DNA of 41,532 nucleotides from an uncultured Acidimicrobiia bacterium (lineage in GTDB: Bacteria > Actinomycetota > Acidimicrobiia > Acidimicrobiales > AC-14). The notes beneath the pieces are model-generated. The model saw only the letters and a list, made by a program, of their open reading frames with translations, did not search any database and was not told the origin of the DNA. Made by a program: the position numbers and the translations under genes. Shown in pieces: positions 37,564 through 41,532 of the stretch. How positions within the stretch are numbered: position 1 is the stretch's first letter; the number at the start of each line of letters is the position of its first letter. The stretch lies in NCBI GenBank assembly GCA_963836205.1, contig CAWIIV010000016.1, forward strand, positions 1 to 41,532, written 5' to 3'.

Positions 37564-38618
37564 TGGTCGAGGAACAGACCGTAGTTGCGGAGCAGGGCGA
37601 TCTCGTAGACCCGGCTGGCGATGGAAAGGTCCTCGATCGACATGCCGAAGGGGTTGACGAGCATGATCTGGCCGTCGTCGTCCCGAGCCGGGCAGGCTCC
37701 GGTGACCAACTGGCCCAGGGTCCCGTCCACCGGGCGGGCGCCGGCCTCGCCGCTCTCTCCCGGTCCGCAGACCTTGCCCGCCCGCGCCAGGCGGCCCAGC
37801 AGCCGTTGGGTGTCGGCCACGACCAGGCCCCAATGGTCGACGTAGAGCCGGTCGGCCCGCAGGTAGGCCTCCTCCTCCACGTCGTCGAGGGACACGTTGA
37901 CGACCACCGCGCCCGGCCGCAGCCAGTCGTGGCAGACGTAGGCGGTGGTGGTCGTGGTGGCGGTGACCACGATGGTGGCGTCGCGGACGGTCTTCTCCGG
38001 GTCGCTCCGCTCCTCGACCTGCCTGATCCTCGGCTCCTCCCGCAGCTGGTGGACGAGGCCGAGGGCCCGGTCGGTGGCGTGGTCGCACACCAGCACCCGC
38101 TCGAGGTCGATGTGCTCCGCCAGCAGCAGGACATGGGCCCGGGCGATGGGGCCGGCGCCGATGACCCCCAGGGTCTGGGGGCCGGTGGTGCGCAGGTGGA
38201 GGGCGGCGAGGGTCGACACCGCCGCCGTCCGCAGGGCGCTGATGCCGGCGGCCTGGATGATCGCCTCGGGGCGGGCGGTGACGGGATTGAACAGCAGGGT
38301 CAGGCCGGCCGCCCGGGGCAGGCCCCGGCTGGGATTCTCGGTGCTGGCGTTGATGATCTTGGTGCCCAGGACCGGGACCGGGCCGGCGATGAACCCGGGC
38401 ATGTTCAGGGTGCGGGCCATGCCTCCGCCTCGGGGGTCCCAGCGCAGCACCGCCTCGTCGGGGACCTCGGCCTCACCCGCCGCCAGCCGGGCCAGCGCGT
38501 CGGCGACACACGCCACCGGGTCGACCTCCCGGCAGGCCTGATCGACGTCATCCTCGCTCAGGTAGAGCAGGCCGTTCTCCAGCGGGCGGGTTGCGCCTCC
38601 GGCGCCGTTGCCGCTCAC
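37560..38618 (-). CDS. sbnB: SbnB-like / ornithine cyclodeaminase family protein (DAP synthesis)
   Basis: LLYLSEDDV, NMPGF, GTKIINASTENP.RGLPRA, ISALRTAAVS and Rossmann motif GVIGAGPIA. Coupled to the sbnA-like gene. Confidence 0.75.
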   Translation of the reverse strand: MSGNGAGGATRPLENGLLYLSEDDVDQACREVDPVACVADALARLAAGEAEVPDEAVLRWDPRGGGMARTLNMPGFIAGPVPVLGTKIINASTENPSRGLPRAAGLTLLFNPVTARPEAIIQAAGISALRTAAVSTLAALHLRTTGPQTLGVIGAGPIARAHVLLLAEHIDLERVLVCDHATDRALGLVHQLREEPRIRQVEERSDPEKTVRDATIVVTATTTTTAYVCHDWLRPGAVVVNVSLDDVEEEAYLRADRLYVDHWGLVVADTQRLLGRLARAGKVCGPGESGEAGARPVDGTLGQLVTGACPARDDDGQIMLVNPFGMSIEDLSIASRVYEIALLRNYGLFLDQ

Positions 38619-39715
38619 CGGGCCAGTACGGCGTCGTCGAAGGGAAGCTCGGCCGCGTCCTTCTCCGGGCGGAAGCCGAACCGGGCCAGCCAGGAGGTGC
38701 CGTAGATGCTGCTGGCATAGTTGGCGCTCCCGTCGGGGCAGATGCACACGGCCCGTCGCACCTCGCGATGGGCGGACAGGTAGCGGGCGCAGGCAGCCAC
38801 CACCGCCCCCGACGAGCCGCCCAGCCCGATGCCCACCGACCCCTGGATGAGGTGGCACGCGGCGACGGCGTCCCTGTCGCCTACGATGACGACGTCGTCG
38901 TAGTCGGCGGGGCTCAGGAACTGAGAGGCGCGGCTCGACCCCACCCCGTTGAGCAGGCGGGGGGCGTAGGTGGTGCCGAACACCAGCGAGCCGGGCACGT
39001 CGACCGCCACCACCCGGACCCGCGGGCTGACGGCCTTGAAGTAGCGGCCGAAGCCGGCGAGGGTGCCGCCGGTCGACGTGGCCACGAACACCGCGTCGAC
39101 GTCGGGCGCCTGGCGGCGGACCTCGGGTGCGGTGTGGTGGTAGTGGACCGCCGGGTTGGCCGGGTTGCCGTACTGGTTGGGCCAGACCGTGCCGTCCTCG
39201 GCCACCATCTGCTCCACCAACCGGAGCCTCGACAGCAGGTAGCCGCCGGTGGCGTCGACCTCGTCGGTCAGGACGACCTCCGCCCCCAGGCCGTGGATCC
39301 GATCGACGACCAGCGGGTCGACCTTGGGATCGACGACCGCGGTAAAGGTGTAGCCCCGCTCCCGGCTGATCAGGGCCAGCGCAACCCCCAGGTTTCCCGA
39401 GGTGGACTCGACCAGGCGGTCACCGGGCCGCAGCTCCTCCATGCGTTCCAGGCTGCGGATCAGGGAGTACGCCGTCCGGTCCTTGATCGAGCCGGCCGGG
39501 TTGTGCGACTCGAGCTTCAACCCCACCCGGCGCCACCGGCCGTCCACCCGCAGGGCGACGTCGACGAGGGGGGTGCGGCCGATGGCGGCCAGGGCCCGGC
39601 TGCGGCGGGGGTGTCGGCCGTGGGTTTTGCGGCGGGGGGGGAGCCGGGGCACCTCCGCGCTCCTCTCGGGGACGGCGGCCCACTCGGAAGGGGGCGGAAG
39701 GGAGCGAACGCCCAT
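38615..39715 (-). CDS. sbnA: SbnA-like PLP enzyme (cysteine synthase fold; DAP synthesis); start uncertain
   Basis: IGRTPLV, KLESHNPAGSIKDR (PLP lysine), ESTSGNLG, GGYLLSRL, NQYGNPANPAVHY, STGGT and GGSSG. Confidence 0.8.
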   Translation of the reverse strand: MGVRSLPPPSEWAAVPERSAEVPRLPPRRKTHGRHPRRSRALAAIGRTPLVDVALRVDGRWRRVGLKLESHNPAGSIKDRTAYSLIRSLERMEELRPGDRLVESTSGNLGVALALISRERGYTFTAVVDPKVDPLVVDRIHGLGAEVVLTDEVDATGGYLLSRLRLVEQMVAEDGTVWPNQYGNPANPAVHYHHTAPEVRRQAPDVDAVFVATSTGGTLAGFGRYFKAVSPRVRVVAVDVPGSLVFGTTYAPRLLNGVGSSRASQFLSPADYDDVVIVGDRDAVAACHLIQGSVGIGLGGSSGAVVAACARYLSAHREVRRAVCICPDGSANYASSIYGTSWLARFGFRPEKDAAELPFDDAVLAR

Positions 39716-40347
39716 GGCGCCTAGCAGGGGTGCAGGGGCTGGCGGTGGTGGATCGGCCCGCGTGGCTGCAGGTCGTGCCGGTGGGGCGCGGGAGAGGACT
39801 CCGCACGCGGCGAGAGGGTCGAGGGAAGTACCCGGGTCAGCCGAGGTGTCCTCGGCGAGGCTGCCATGCGAGGAGTCCGACCGCTTAGGAGGTGAGGTGC
39901 GGATCTCGGACGGACACGGCCACCGCGGTCGGATGCTCGGCGGGGCGATGTTTCGGAGGCCGTTCGGGCCCGTGAGGGTGCGGACGGTACGGACGAGCCC
40001 CGCCGGTCGCCCGGGGCGGGTGCGCTTCCGTGGGGGCACCGGCTACCGCCGATGCCGTGGTCACCGTTGTATACCGGCCCGTCATCGGGCCTCCCTTACC
40101 CCGTTCGGTGCCGGACCAGTCAGCCAATCCCCACCCATTTCTCGCCCGGGCTCAAGCGGGTGCGACCGGTGGTCGACAACGGGTGGGTGACCACCGCCAC
40201 CAGCGCCCGCCTCCCGTCGGCGAAGGCCCGGTGACGGCCCCGACGGTGGCCACGGCCCGTCCGTAAGCGTCCGCGGGCGCCCAAAAAGGGGCTCCGAGTA
40301 GTCCGAATGACCTACAGGCGGACCACTTTCGTGCCGATAACGCTCCT

Positions 40348-40806
40348 ATGAACCGGACGAGGCTGTTCGTCGGCCTGCTCGCAGCGATCTTCCTGTCGGC
40401 GGTCGGCGTCGGCGTCGTCCTCGGTCAGGAGGACCGGCCCATGCGCCAGGTGGCGTCCACCACGGCCATCGAGTCGACGACCACCACCGTGGCCCGCACC
40501 ACCACCACCCGGGCACCGTCCACCACCACGACCACCGCCGCGCCCGCGCCGACGACCACTGCCGCCCCGCCGACCACCGCCCGCCCGGCGACGACCGTGG
40601 CGACGATCGTCACCATTCCGCCGACGACGCAGTTGCCGGTCACCGAGCCGCCGACCAGCCTGGTCACCACCACCACGATCCCGCCCTACGACCCGATCAA
40701 GTGCGCCGACATCAACAACACCTACGACGTTCAAGGCATGCACGACGACCCCAGCCGAGTGCCGCTCCTCCAAGCCTTCAACTGCCCCCCGTTCTTCTGG
40801 GACTGA
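40348..40806 (+). CDS. Membrane-anchored or exported Thr/Pro-rich protein with a small Cys-containing C-terminal domain
   Basis: N-terminal hydrophobic helix, a long poly-Thr linker and a C-terminal KC...NCPPFFWD. Confidence 0.65.
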   Translation: MNRTRLFVGLLAAIFLSAVGVGVVLGQEDRPMRQVASTTAIESTTTTVARTTTTRAPSTTTTTAAPAPTTTAAPPTTARPATTVATIVTIPPTTQLPVTEPPTSLVTTTTIPPYDPIKCADINNTYDVQGMHDDPSRVPLLQAFNCPPFFWD

Positions 40807-40855
40807 TCGCCCGGGCGCACGGGCAACCGGGGGCGTCAGAGGCGATACTGCGGGG

Positions 40856-41248
40856 ATGGCCGAACGCAACGTGCTCGGAGGCGAGTTGGAGCCGTGTGGC
40901 ACCGACCCGGTCACCGGCTTCTACCGGGACGGATGTTGCAGCACGGGGCCGGAGGATCGGGGCAGCCACACCATCTGCGCCGTCGTCACCGCCGAGTTCC
41001 TCGACCACCAGCGCCGGATCGGCAACGACCTGAGCACGCCCCGACCCGAGTTCCGCTTCCCGGGACTCCGGCCGGGCGACCGCTGGTGCGTGACGGCCGC
41101 CAACTGGCTGCGGGCCCACCGCGACGGGGCGGCCTCGTTCGTGGTCCTGGCCTGCACCCACGAGCGGGCCCTAGACATCGTGCCCCTAGCGGCCCTCCGG
41201 GAACACGCGGTCGACGTCCCCGCCCACCCCGGCCTGCTGGAGCCCTGA
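40856..41248 (+). CDS. DUF2237 family protein
   Basis: NVLGGELEPCGTDPVTGFYRDGCC..GPED.GSHTICA...GNDLSTPRPEFRFPGLRPGDRWCV. Confidence 0.9.
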   Translation: MAERNVLGGELEPCGTDPVTGFYRDGCCSTGPEDRGSHTICAVVTAEFLDHQRRIGNDLSTPRPEFRFPGLRPGDRWCVTAANWLRAHRDGAASFVVLACTHERALDIVPLAALREHAVDVPAHPGLLEP

Positions 41249-41532
41249 CCAGCCCTGACCAGCCGGTGCGCCCGGCGCGCCAAGGCTTGGACGCTGATGA
41301 GCAATTGGCCGTTCTGGAGAATCTGACAGTTTCTTGACGCTGTGACGTGGGGCCTTTGCGGTGGCGGCGCTGTGGAAGACGATTAGAGCAACGCCGTCCA
41401 GTGCTACGTCAGGCACGATTCCGTCGTCGGGTCGCGCCTTCGAGCCGGCGGTCTGGGACACGTCGCGAACCGCCGTGCGGGGGACGTTCTGGGACACCTC
41501 GGTCGGTGCGCCCGTGTGATCAGATCGCCGAA

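Noticed and set aside
36637-39715. Housekeeping argF / ocd / cysK annotation
   Set aside because: The substrate motifs (HDLP, TRWQTTG, GGYLLSRL) and the coupled gene order fit DAP synthesis and carbamoylation better.
40460-40680. ACC-rich low-complexity tract
   Set aside because: Explained by the poly-Thr linker of the 40348..40806 protein.
41452-41497. TCTGGGACAC direct repeat (41452 and 41488) as an IS end
   Set aside because: Only two 10-bp copies, and no transposase or terminal inverted repeat is visible before the window ends.

Overview
High-GC (about 70%) actinobacterial-type DNA, probably Acidimicrobiia-like, with several single-base frameshifts in G/C runs that look like long-read errors. 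From left to right: (1) a partial NarL-type response regulator, a secreted Calx-beta protein, two translationally coupled giant hypothetical proteins (1579 and 1284 aa), a Tat-signal RTX-repeat protein and a divergent wHTH regulator; (2) a complete kdpFABC-DE potassium uptake locus with an extra unannotated small membrane ORF and a stand-alone DUF4118 gene; (3) a decayed or stress patch containing nucleotidase and qNOR fragments, a GAF-PP2C phosphatase followed by an unannotated 36-aa secreted micro-peptide, two low-affinity iron permease-like genes, SigB/SigF-type promoters and an internally deleted serine resolvase; (4) MarR-MFS, a beta-lactamase-fold/S41 peptidase fusion lipoprotein and an EEP lipoprotein; (5) a compact NRPS-free biosynthetic cluster: SbnA-like, SbnB-like, a diaminopropionate-type carbamoyltransferase, an NPPY methyltransferase, a glutamate-amine ligase and a CDGSH protein, all coupled in one operon, plus a convergent heme-oxygenase-like diiron enzyme and a gamma-glutamyl hydrolase. 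The best candidates for undescribed biology are this cluster, the giant gene pair and the micro-peptide. All family calls come from motif recognition by eye; no database searches were run.
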